DNA of 64,000 nt from a bacterium (GTDB taxonomy: Bacteria > Fidelibacterota > Fidelibacteria > Fidelibacterales > Fidelibacteraceae): assembly GCA_963676395.1 (NCBI GenBank), contig OY781066.1, positions 864,001-928,000 on the forward strand. The letters are read 5' to 3'. The position numbers and the translations under genes were made by a program. The notes beneath the pieces are model-generated. The model was not told the DNA's origin. It saw only the letters and a list, made by a program, of their open reading frames with translations, and did not search any database. How positions within the stretch are numbered: the stretch's first letter is position 1; every line of letters starts with the position of its first letter. Below are positions 22,460 to 31,958 of the stretch, one piece after another.

Positions 22460-22559
22460 CTTAAAATAACATAAAGCTCTCTTTTATTGCAAGAATATCT
22501 TGATTTATTAGCGTTGGAATAGCTAACATATAAAGTAATTCATTAAACAAAGGATAAAT

Positions 22560-23624
22560 ATGGCAAGATTCCTAAAAAACAAAAGTGTTGCACTGGGTAA
22601 TATTCCGGGAGATCCTGTTTTTATTGGTGATAAAAAAATGGAAAAAACCGAAATACATATCATCGAATACGATAAAAATGAAATCAAAGAATATGACCTG
22701 GAAGCAAAAGACATCACTACGCTTACTCTTAACAAAAATAAAAATACCTGGATAAATATTAACGGTTTGCACGATATTGAAATGCTTAGGTCACTCGCTG
22801 ATGTATTCCACATTCATATGCTAACACAAGAAGATATCGTAAACACAGGTCAAAGATCGAAAATTGAAGAGTATGATAATTATCTATATTTCGTCATGAA
22901 AATGCTGCAAATTGATAAGAATAATCTTCTGGTTCAAAGTGAACAATTAAGCTTAATTCTTGGTGAGAATTTCCTAATCACATTTCAAGAAAGAACCGGA
23001 GATGTCTTTACGTCAGTCAGAAATAGACTAAGAAAACAAAAAGGTCGGGTTCGAAAAATGGATACCGACTACCTTGCGTACTCTCTTTTAGACTGCATTA
23101 TTGATAGATACATGGTAATCATTGAACATTTTGGTGAAGATATTGAGAATATTGAAAATGCAATACAAGACAATCCCGATAAATCCATTTTAAACAAAAT
23201 ATATGATTACAAGCGAGAAATGAATTACTTAAGAAAAACAATAAGACCCGTTAAAGAATGTGTGTCCGGATTTTCACGCTTAGATTCAGATATTATCAAT
23301 GAGAAAACCTTACCTTTTACTAAAGATTTATTAGATTCGGTGACACAATCACTGGAAATTATTGATGCATACAGAGATATGCTATCAGATCATTTAAATA
23401 TTTATTCAACAAACATAAACAATCGTCTGAATGAGATTATGAAAATACTCACTATTTTTTCAGCTATTTTCATTCCCTTAACGTTTATTGCAGGAATATA
23501 CGGTACCAATTTCGATTTCTTGCCTGAACTACATTTTAAATATGCTTATCCAATTTTTTGGGCTATTTTATTACTTATTGCCGGTCTTATGCTGAGATTT
23601 TTTAAAAGAAAAAATTGGTTCTAA
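22560..23624 (+). CDS. corA: Mg2+/Co2+ transporter CorA
   Basis: WININGLHD, EDIVNTGQRSKIE, FIPLTFIAGIYGTNF (GMN variant GTN), MPEL-like LPEL. Confidence 0.92.
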   Translation: MARFLKNKSVALGNIPGDPVFIGDKKMEKTEIHIIEYDKNEIKEYDLEAKDITTLTLNKNKNTWININGLHDIEMLRSLADVFHIHMLTQEDIVNTGQRSKIEEYDNYLYFVMKMLQIDKNNLLVQSEQLSLILGENFLITFQERTGDVFTSVRNRLRKQKGRVRKMDTDYLAYSLLDCIIDRYMVIIEHFGEDIENIENAIQDNPDKSILNKIYDYKREMNYLRKTIRPVKECVSGFSRLDSDIINEKTLPFTKDLLDSVTQSLEIIDAYRDMLSDHLNIYSTNINNRLNEIMKILTIFSAIFIPLTFIAGIYGTNFDFLPELHFKYAYPIFWAILLLIAGLMLRFFKRKNWF

Positions 23625-23787
23625 AGCTTAGCCATAATATATAGTTTTATTTACCACTTTTTCAGATTAGGATTTCCATCTTATCTGTATGTTGGCTATA
23701 AATTTAAATTTGTATTTTAGCGTTACGTTCAAAAAGCTTTGGATGTAATATTTTTTTAATATCGTTTATAAAATTAATGCTGATAGC

Positions 23788-23812
23788 AAAAAAGGGCTCC
23801 AATGGAGCCCTT
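23788..23812 (-). terminator. Intrinsic terminator, identical copies at ~27744-27768 and ~29542-29566
   Basis: AAGGGCTCCA-T-TGGAGCCCTT followed by TTTT on the minus strand, downstream of three paralogous CTD genes. Confidence 0.8.
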
Positions 23813-23840
23813 AAATATTCTATTTACAATCAACTGTTTA

Positions 23841-24944
23841 CTATTTTACAAATGCAATCTTCTGCACATTTACAACATCTTCAACCATAACTTTCACAAG
23901 GTAAAGACCTGTTGTCATGTTACTGGCATTTATGCGTAATTCATGTGATCCGGCATTCATTGTACCGTTGACCAGCGTTGCAATTTCACGACCGCTTAGT
24001 GTGTAAATTTTTGCGTTTACAATGGCATCGCGTGAAAGTTCTACAGGAACGACAGTGCTAGGATTGAAGGGATTGGGATATGCGGTACCAATCTCAAAAC
24101 CAGCATCCTCAACATCGTTATCAACTGTAACGACAACTGCTTTTGATTCGTATTTTGTTTCATTATTTTCATAATCAACATCGGCTAGCACATAGGTGTA
24201 TTCAACACCGGGAACAACTGTTGCATCTGTGTAAGTATAATTGTTTGTTTTGCTTGTTGTACCGGCGCCCTCAACCATAGCAAGAACGGCATTATTTCGG
24301 TAGACAATGAAAGATGCATTGTTTGTTTCTGAGGCAGTTTCCCAAGATAACTCTACAACTCCTGCATCTGCTGTTGCCCGAAAATCAGCAAGGGTAATAG
24401 GGGTCACAGCCGCAGAAGTGAAGGTGAAATCATCAATCATTAGATACTGGGTTTGATTGAGCTCATAGGGTTCAATTTCAAACTCAATTTCATCAAGAGT
24501 ATATGATGAATAGCTACTTAAATCAACGAATGTATAATAGTTATTCGCCGAAGAATTATTAAATTCATTAAATAATATCTTATGAGTAAATTCAGTAGAT
24601 CCGGCAAATTTCCCCTTGATTAGTACATTATTATATATTGATATGGTCTCTGTATTTGATTTAAGAGGAATTATCCATAAACTACTAACATGGAAATTAT
24701 TTGATGAATTGGTAAACGAACCAACAACCCCACCTCCTATAACAGCAGTATTATTCATCATATAATTATTATCATCAAATCCATAAGCAGGTCGAATGTC
24801 CACTCCAAAACCTGTTGCATTAAAAGTCAGCCCACCTTCTGAAAAACTAGTAGCACCATAGGCCTCAGTTGTAAACTTCTCAGTAATCTGCGCTAAGAGA
24901 ACTACCGGTACTAAAAACATAGTAACAAGTAAAAGTTTTTTCAT
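23841..24944 (-). CDS. Secreted protein: unique N-domain + shared Ig-like/CTD sorting module
   Basis: Signal peptide; PITLADF..W.TASETNNASF; AYPNPFNPST...QKIAFVK. C-terminal ~175 aa near-identical to 27797-28906. Confidence 0.85.
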   Translation of the reverse strand: MKKLLLVTMFLVPVVLLAQITEKFTTEAYGATSFSEGGLTFNATGFGVDIRPAYGFDDNNYMMNNTAVIGGGVVGSFTNSSNNFHVSSLWIIPLKSNTETISIYNNVLIKGKFAGSTEFTHKILFNEFNNSSANNYYTFVDLSSYSSYTLDEIEFEIEPYELNQTQYLMIDDFTFTSAAVTPITLADFRATADAGVVELSWETASETNNASFIVYRNNAVLAMVEGAGTTSKTNNYTYTDATVVPGVEYTYVLADVDYENNETKYESKAVVVTVDNDVEDAGFEIGTAYPNPFNPSTVVPVELSRDAIVNAKIYTLSGREIATLVNGTMNAGSHELRINASNMTTGLYLVKVMVEDVVNVQKIAFVK

Positions 24945-25270
24945 TAAAATACTCCCGTTTAAGTGTTAGGTGTTATTTTTTATATCAAAACATCTGATAT
25001 ATATATCACCCGATTCTAACTAATTATTAAATACATGCCCTTAAGTATAGATAATAACTTTATTTGCATTAATATATACAAAATTTTTGATTACTCCAAA
25101 TAATTTGAATACTTAAGAATTCAGCACATTATCTTTCTCTTGTAAAACGGTGATACAAAAAAGTATTTTTCTAATCGCTCACTACTGGTTTGTATTTACA
25201 TTCTTCATCTTTTGGCTTCGAAAAACCGCTTAACAACAAAACAGCCCCCTTTTTTCGAGAGATCTGTAAG

Positions 25271-25347
25271 TGTTCGCCATTGGGGATGGATAGATTGCAG
25301 ATTCCAGATTGATGATTGATGATTTGTGATTTGATATCCGAACAAGG
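25271..25347 (-). repeat. Decayed tRNA-Lys 3'-end remnant plus GATT heptamer-repeat flank
   Basis: tgttcgccattgggga..gattgcagattccagattgatgattgatgatttg..gaacaagga parallels 38446-38517. Confidence 0.55.
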
Positions 25348-25561
25348 AACATAGATATGTGATTTGCAAAGATTTCTAATTCCAAAATATATTTCAAATG
25401 TTCTATTATTCAAACATTCACGAAGCTAAACAAATAACAGTTATTTAGGGAGCATGGTTTATACTTTTACACATATCCATTTGTTGTTTCCAATAATTAT
25501 AGTAAATTACTAATTGATATATTACAATAAATCAAAAGGGAAATAATACGAAAGGAGTATT

Positions 25562-27340
25562 ATGAAAAAGATTTTGTTACTGATGTCTGTTCTGATGATA
25601 CCGATTACGATGCTAGTGGCCGGCGATTACGATGAATTGATGAAACTCGTTGCCTCAGATCGTGATGAGGGCGATTATTTTGGCATTACCATTTCAATCT
25701 CCGGCGATTATGCGATCGTTGGGGCAGACGGAAAGGATGATAATGCCGGTTCAGCATATATTTTTAAACGCGATGGTGTCAGTTGGTCACAGCAGGCCAA
25801 GCTTGTTGCCGCAGATCGTGCTTTGGGTGATCGATTTGGTAGTTCCGTTTCAATCTCCGGCGATTATGCTATTGTTGGGGCGGCTCATGAAGATCATGAT
25901 GTGTCCGGTGCAAACGAATTGCATGATGCCGGTTCAGCATATATTTTTAAACGCGATGGCGTCAGCTGGTCCCAGCAGACTAAACTCGTTGCCTCAGATC
26001 GTGCTACGAGCGATTTTTTTGGTGTTTCCGTTTCAATCTCCGGCGATTATGCGATCGTTGGGGCACTTTTTGATGATGATGCCGGTTCAGCATATATTTT
26101 TAAACGCGATGGTGTCAGTTGGTCACAACAGACCAAACTTGTTGCCTCAGATCGTGCTGCAATGGATCTATTTAGCCATTCCGTTTCAATCTCCGGTGAT
26201 TATGCGATCGTTGGGGCATATTATGAAGATCATGATGTGTCCGGTGCAAGCGAATTAAGTAATGCCGGCGCAGCATATATTTTTAAACGTGATGGTGATA
26301 GCTGGTCCCAGCAGGCCAAACTTGTTGCCGCAGATCGTGCTTTGGGTGATCGATTTGGTGTTTCCGTTTCAATCTCCGGCGATTATGCGATCGTTGGGGC
26401 AGACGGAAAGGATGATGATGCCGGTTCAGCATATATTTTTAAACGCGATGGCGTCAGCTGGTCCCAGCAGACTAAACTCGTTGCCTCAGATCGTGATGCA
26501 GGCGATCGATTTGGCACTTCCGTTTCAATCTCCGATGATTATGCTATCGTTGGGGCACTTTTTGATGATGATGCCGGTTCAGCATATATTTTTAAACGCG
26601 ATGGTGTCAGTTGGTCACAACAGACCAAACTTGTTGCCTCGGATCGTGCTACGGACGATTTTTTTGGCTATTCCGTTTCAATCTCTGGCGATTATGCTAT
26701 CGTTGGGGCACTTCAGGAAAATTATGGTGCATTCGGTTCAGCATATATATATTCGGTTCCAGCATCAGATGTGCCTCTTCCCATATCTCTTGCTTCTTTC
26801 GGGGCAAAGGTTCAGGGTGGCTCTGTTGAATTGTCTTGGAAAACGGCATCCGAAACCGATAACGCACATTTTCTGATCTATCGTAACAACGAAGTTATTG
26901 CTTCTATTGATGGCGCCGGAACGACCAGTGAACCGCAGAGCTATTCGTTCACAGACAATACCGTTGTTCCGGGTGTAAGTTATACCTATGTACTTGCTGA
27001 TGTTGATTATGCTAATGAAGAAGTAAGACATACTGATAAAGCAGTTACAATGGTTATCCCGGAGAATGATCTACCGCAAGAATTTGCGCTTAACGCCAAT
27101 TATCCCAATCCTTTCAATCCATCAACCACTATCAGTTATCAGCTTTCAGCTAATAGCCAGGTTGAACTATCTATTTATGACATGAGTGGTAAGAAAGTCA
27201 TGACCTTGATCAATGATAATATGCCGGCCGGTTATCATGAAACAAGTTGGAATGCATCTGATTTCACTTCCGGTATCTATTTCTATCGCCTGACCGCCGG
27301 TAACTTTGTTGAAACTAAGAAGATGGTCTTAATGAAGTAA
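25562..27340 (+). CDS. Secreted 7x FG-GAP (integrin-like beta-propeller) protein with CTD sorting domain
   Basis: Seven KLVASDR...FG.SVSISGDYAIVGA...AGSAYIF repeats; PISLASF; NYPNPFNPST...KKMVLMK. Confidence 0.9.
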   Translation: MKKILLLMSVLMIPITMLVAGDYDELMKLVASDRDEGDYFGITISISGDYAIVGADGKDDNAGSAYIFKRDGVSWSQQAKLVAADRALGDRFGSSVSISGDYAIVGAAHEDHDVSGANELHDAGSAYIFKRDGVSWSQQTKLVASDRATSDFFGVSVSISGDYAIVGALFDDDAGSAYIFKRDGVSWSQQTKLVASDRAAMDLFSHSVSISGDYAIVGAYYEDHDVSGASELSNAGAAYIFKRDGDSWSQQAKLVAADRALGDRFGVSVSISGDYAIVGADGKDDDAGSAYIFKRDGVSWSQQTKLVASDRDAGDRFGTSVSISDDYAIVGALFDDDAGSAYIFKRDGVSWSQQTKLVASDRATDDFFGYSVSISGDYAIVGALQENYGAFGSAYIYSVPASDVPLPISLASFGAKVQGGSVELSWKTASETDNAHFLIYRNNEVIASIDGAGTTSEPQSYSFTDNTVVPGVSYTYVLADVDYANEEVRHTDKAVTMVIPENDLPQEFALNANYPNPFNPSTTISYQLSANSQVELSIYDMSGKKVMTLINDNMPAGYHETSWNASDFTSGIYFYRLTAGNFVETKKMVLMK

Positions 27341-27398
27341 ACCTTGAAACGTAAAACGTGAGACGTAAGACATCGTGAAACGTGTTTTCGTAAAATGT

Positions 27399-27427
27399 AA
27401 GGACTCGAAATTTCGGGTCCTTTTTTC
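27399..27427 (+). terminator. Intrinsic terminator
   Basis: AAGGACTCGAAA-TTTCGGGTCCTT followed by TTTT. Confidence 0.7.
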
Positions 27428-27796
27428 TTTATAGTAGCCAGAAGCTAGAAGCCAGAATAGATATTCGAATATGGATTAATGTTATTCGATCTTCGAAAAT
27501 TTCACATATTGTTTTCGATATTCGTAAATCTTCGTACTCTCCCTCCCTCTTTCCCTCGTGCTCTCGCTCGCTTCTTGAAACATATCACAGAACTTCCCTC
27601 ACAAAATCCAACACATATAAAATCCCCATCGCAAGGATGAGAAAGTGGAAGTTTATGTTTTATTAGTATTAAATCTAGAGCTTTGACTAATAAAGATGTA
27701 ATCTTTCTTTTAATATCTCGCTTGCGAAATTAATGCTGATAGCAAAAAAGGGCTCCAATGGAGCCCTTAAACATTCTATTTACAATCAACTGTTTA

Positions 27797-28906
27797 CTAT
27801 TTTACAAATGCAATCTTCTGCACATTTACAACATCTTCAACCATAACTTTCACAAGGTAAAGACCTGTTGTCATATTACTGGCATTTATGCGTAATTCAT
27901 GTGATCCGGCATTCATTGTACCGTTGACCAGCGTTGCAATTTCACGACCGCTTAGTGTGTAAATTTTTGCGTTTACAATGGCATCGCGTGAAAGTTCTAC
28001 AGGAACGACAGTGCTAGGATTGAAGGGATTGGGATATGCCGTACCAATCTCAAAATCAGCATCCTCAACATCGTTATCAACTGTAACGACAACTGCTTTT
28101 GATTCGTATTTTGTTTCATTATTTTCATAATCAACATCAGCAAGCACATAGGTGTATTCAACACCGGGAACAACTGTTGCATCTGTATAAGTATAATTGT
28201 TTGTTTTGCTTGTTGTACCGGCGCCCTCAACCACAGCAAGAACGGCATTATTTCGGTAGACAATGAAAGATGCATTGTTTGTTTCCGAGGCAGTTTCCCA
28301 AGATAACTCTACAACTCCTGCATCTGTATTTGCAACAAAAGAGGAAAGTTCAATAGGTGTTGCTCCTCCAATTCCGGAGATAGTAATATCAACATAATTA
28401 TAATTCCTTGTATAATGTTGTACCGGCGTTTTTAAATCGAAAATGATTTCAGCAACATTATTAATAGGAGTCGATGTTCCATTATCAAAGAAACTTGTCA
28501 AAGCAGTATTACTTGTTGTTAAAGTCTTATCTGCGATCAATGTCATTGTTTGAAGTGTAAAGCCATATTTATCTTTAAAAACGACGGTTGATGAAGCCTC
28601 TACATTAGTATTAAGATAAGCTCTTAACGTCATCGCTTCAAAAGTGAAATCATCAACACCATATGCTTTTATTGTAAATGACGAACCTTGTATATCTGTA
28701 AACATTTCTGTACCATCATTTACCATAACATTGCTCACAACAAGATTGCTATTATTTGCCATTGTCTTAAAACCGGGTCCTCCTGAATCAGGATTTCCTA
28801 AATTAGCAAAATTCGTTTGAGCATTCAGAGATGTAACACACCCCAATAGCAGAATAGCAAGATATAATGTGAATGTTTTAGTAAAATTATATTTTTTGGT
28901 TACCAT
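27797..28906 (-). CDS. Secreted protein: one copy of an unknown ~150-aa domain + shared CTD module
   Basis: Signal peptide; TNFANLGNPDSGG domain; PIELSSF; AYPNPFNPST...QKIAFVK. Confidence 0.85.
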   Translation of the reverse strand: MVTKKYNFTKTFTLYLAILLLGCVTSLNAQTNFANLGNPDSGGPGFKTMANNSNLVVSNVMVNDGTEMFTDIQGSSFTIKAYGVDDFTFEAMTLRAYLNTNVEASSTVVFKDKYGFTLQTMTLIADKTLTTSNTALTSFFDNGTSTPINNVAEIIFDLKTPVQHYTRNYNYVDITISGIGGATPIELSSFVANTDAGVVELSWETASETNNASFIVYRNNAVLAVVEGAGTTSKTNNYTYTDATVVPGVEYTYVLADVDYENNETKYESKAVVVTVDNDVEDADFEIGTAYPNPFNPSTVVPVELSRDAIVNAKIYTLSGREIATLVNGTMNAGSHELRINASNMTTGLYLVKVMVEDVVNVQKIAFVK

Positions 28907-29113
28907 TATTTTTCCCTTAAATTTTTCGTCATTACTTATGATAATAATTCTTCGACGTTTATATCCACTCTTAACACCGAATTATTGTTTCAAACGAGAC
29001 TTCATAAAACCAATTCGATATAATAGATTTTTCAATCTAGCTATTAAATATCTCTTAAACAATAGAAATTTTTTCGTTTACCTTCTCCCGATAATACAAA
29101 ACTTTCATATTTA

Positions 29114-29313
29114 TTAACCTAGATCGCGAATAGGTACGAGGGTATAATAAATAGCTACAAGAATGAAAACCCTACCGGTAATTTTACGCACCCGGATATA
29201 GATCTAAGTCAGCTTGGTAAATATCTTGCTAACTGATTTTGTAGCAAAGGCAAGTAGAAAGGCTAAAATAATAACCGGCAAGGCAATTGCGACACCATAG
29301 ATTAAAGGAAAAA
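29114..29313 (-). pseudogene. 3' fragment of arsG-like permease gene
   Basis: Translates FPLIYGVAIALPVIILAFLLAFATKSVSKIFTKLT*IYIRVRKITG...LG*, homologous to the C-terminus of 38639-39322; internal TAG. Confidence 0.85.
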
Positions 29314-29333
29314 ATATCACTAGGATGGGAAAG

Positions 29334-29446
29334 TGGTACGCCATCAGGAACTTGAACCCAGAACCATCGGCTTAACAATACAGTGGAAACCCTTTATTTA
29401 TGAGGATTTTACGTTTCATGTGTACCAAGATGTGGCTGGTGAGTGG
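29334..29446 (-). repeat. tRNA-Lys 3'-half remnant (att-like) plus conserved flank
   Basis: tggtacgccatcaggaacttgaacccagaaccatcggcttaa, ~38/42 identical to 40592-40633; flank ends ccaagatgtggctggtg. Confidence 0.85.
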
Positions 29447-29594
29447 AAGTTTGTGTTTTATTAGTATTAAATCTAGAGCTTTGACTAATAAAAATGTAAT
29501 CTTTCTTTTAATATCTCGCTTGCGAAATTAATGCTGATAGCAAAAAAGGGCTCCAATGGAGCCCTTAAACATTCTATTTACAATCAACTGTTTA

Positions 29595-31166
29595 CTATTT
29601 TACAAATGCAATCTTCTGCACATTTACAACATCTTCAACCATAACTTTCACAAGGTAAAGGCCTGTTGTCATGTTACTGGCATTTATACGTAATTCATGT
29701 GATCCGGCATTCATTGTACCGTTGACCAGCGTTGCAATTTCACGACCATTTAGTGTGTAAATTTTTGCATTTACAATGGCATCGCGTGAAAGTTCTACAG
29801 GAACGACAGTGCTAGGATTGAAAGGATTGGGATATGCGGTACCAATCTCAAAACTAGCATCCTCAACATCGTTATCAACTGTAACGACAACTGCTTTTGA
29901 TTCGTATTTTGTTTCATTATTTTCATAATCAACATCGGCTAGCACATAGGTGTATTCAACACCGGGTATAACTGTTGCATCAGTATATGTATAATTATTT
30001 GTTGCGCTTGTTGTACCGGCACCCTCCACTTTGGTAAGAAGAACATTGTTACGGTAGACAACAAAAGAAGCATTATTTGTTTCAGAGGCAGTCTCCCAGG
30101 ATAACTTAACAACGCCTGCATCTGTATTTGCAACAAAAGAGGAAAGTTCAATGGGTGTTGCTCCTCCAATTCCGGAGATAGTAATATCAACATAATGATA
30201 ATTTGTAGTATAATGTTGTACCGGTGATTTTAAATCAAAAACGATTTCAGCAACATTATTAATAGGAATCGATGCTCCATTATCAAAGAAACTCGTCAAA
30301 GCAGTACGATCCATTGTTAAAGTCTTATTCGCGATCAATGTCATTGTTTGAAGTGTAGCGCCATTTTTATCTTTAAAAACGACGGTTGATGAAGCCTCTA
30401 CAATCTCAGTCATATAAGCTCTTATCGTCATCTCTTCAAAAGTGAAATCATCAACACCAAATGCTTTTATAGTAAATGACGAATGTTCTGTGCTTGTAGA
30501 CATTTCTGTACCATAATTTTCCATAACATTACTCACAACAAGATTGCTATTATTGGCCATTGTCTTAAAACCGGTTCCTCCTGAATTAAGATTTCCTAAA
30601 TTAGCAAAATCATTCGTTTGAGCAATCAGAGATCCACTGATAGTAATATCAGCATATTGATAATTCGTAGTATAATGTTGCACCGGTGATTTTAAATCAA
30701 AAACGATTTCAGCAACATTATTAATAGGAGTCGATGTCCCATTATCAAAGAAACTTGTCAAAGCAGTATTACTTGTTGTTAAAGTCTTATTTGCGATCAA
30801 TGTCATTGTTTGAAGTGTATCGCCATTTTTATCTTTAAAAACGACGGTTGATGAAGCATCTACAATCTCACTCATATAAGCTCTTATCGTCATCTCTTCA
30901 AAAGTGAAATCATCAACACCAAATGCTTTTATAGTAAATGACGAATGTTCTGTGCTTGTATACATTTCTGTACCATCATTTACCATAACATTACTCACAA
31001 CAAGATTGCTATTATTGGCCATTGTCCTAAAACCAGTTCCTCCTGAATCAGGATTTCCTAAATTAGCAAAATTCGTTTGAGCATTCAGAAATGTAACACA
31101 CCCAAAGAGCAGAATAGTAAAGCATAATGTGAGGGTTTTAGTAAAACGATGTTTCGTGGTTACCAT
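29595..31166 (-). CDS. Secreted protein: two tandem copies of the unknown ~150-aa domain + shared CTD module
   Basis: Internal duplication (FANLGN..SGGTGF.TMANNSNLVVSNVM twice); AYPNPFNPST...QKIAFVK. Confidence 0.85.
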   Translation of the reverse strand: MVTTKHRFTKTLTLCFTILLFGCVTFLNAQTNFANLGNPDSGGTGFRTMANNSNLVVSNVMVNDGTEMYTSTEHSSFTIKAFGVDDFTFEEMTIRAYMSEIVDASSTVVFKDKNGDTLQTMTLIANKTLTTSNTALTSFFDNGTSTPINNVAEIVFDLKSPVQHYTTNYQYADITISGSLIAQTNDFANLGNLNSGGTGFKTMANNSNLVVSNVMENYGTEMSTSTEHSSFTIKAFGVDDFTFEEMTIRAYMTEIVEASSTVVFKDKNGATLQTMTLIANKTLTMDRTALTSFFDNGASIPINNVAEIVFDLKSPVQHYTTNYHYVDITISGIGGATPIELSSFVANTDAGVVKLSWETASETNNASFVVYRNNVLLTKVEGAGTTSATNNYTYTDATVIPGVEYTYVLADVDYENNETKYESKAVVVTVDNDVEDASFEIGTAYPNPFNPSTVVPVELSRDAIVNAKIYTLNGREIATLVNGTMNAGSHELRINASNMTTGLYLVKVMVEDVVNVQKIAFVK

Positions 31167-31381
31167 TATATTCCTTTTCAGTTTTCCGTTATTGCCTAAT
31201 ATTATGATTCTTCGACGTTTTTATCCACTTTCAACACCGACTTACTGCTTCAAACTAGACCTTATGATATCAAGTCTACATGAATATATATAATACACTA
31301 TAACTTAACTATTTAATATTTCCCAGACAATAAAATTATTTTCGTTTACCTTCTCCCAATAATACAAAACTTTCATATCTA

Positions 31382-31558
31382 TTAACCTAGATCGCGAATA
31401 GGTACGAGGGTATAATAAATACCTACAAGAATGAAAACCCTACCGGTAATTTTACGCACCCGGATATCGATCTATGTCAGCTTGGTAAATATCTTGCTAA
31501 CTAATTTTGTAGCAAAGGCAAGTAGAGGATAACCGGCAAGGCAGTTGCGATACCATAA
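31382..31558 (-). pseudogene. Second 3' fragment of arsG-like gene (with internal deletion)
   Basis: Near-identical to 29114-29313, with a short deletion and the same internal TAG. Confidence 0.8.
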
Positions 31559-31579
31559 AATATCACTAGGATGGGAAAG

Positions 31580-31693
31580 TGGTACGCCATCAGGAACTTG
31601 AACCCAGAACCATCGGCTTAACAATACAGTGGAAACCCTTTATTTATGAGGATTTTACGTTTCATGTGTACCAAGATGTGGCTGGTGAGTGGA
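31580..31693 (-). repeat. tRNA-Lys 3'-half remnant (att-like) plus conserved flank
   Basis: Identical by eye to 29334-29446. Confidence 0.85.
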
Positions 31694-31900
31694 CGTTTAT
31701 GATTTTAGATGTTTTGAGTAATAATAATGCGTGGACTAGCTTGTTTGACATATTTATTGGACTCCTTTGCTACATAAAAAGGTCTCTTAATTTCTTACCT
31801 TAAACTGTCCACTTCAGGCTGACGTTAAATACGATCAATTTTTGAATCTTAACTTTGCAATTATGAAAAACAACCTAAATATTGATAAAAGGGCTATGAT

Positions 31901-31928
31901 AAAAAGAGAGCTCAATTGAGCTCTCTTA
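31901..31928 (-). terminator. Intrinsic terminator
   Basis: AAGAGAGCTCAA-TTGAGCTCTCTT palindrome followed by a T run on the minus strand. Confidence 0.7.
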
Positions 31929-31958
31929 TATTATTTATCACAATTTCAATATTATTTG

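Noticed and set aside
23625..23700. attC-like inverted repeat (tagccataat...atgttggcta) after corA
   Set aside because: Weak internal pairing, not repeated after other genes, and no intI in the window.
25650..26876. Two ~200-aa alternative-frame ORFs inside the FG-GAP gene
   Set aside because: By-products of the repeated DNA unit; no recognisable protein features.
31579..31803. 74-aa ORF; likewise 38380-38571 and 25171-25413
   Set aside because: They span tRNA remnants and repeat scars; no coding signal.
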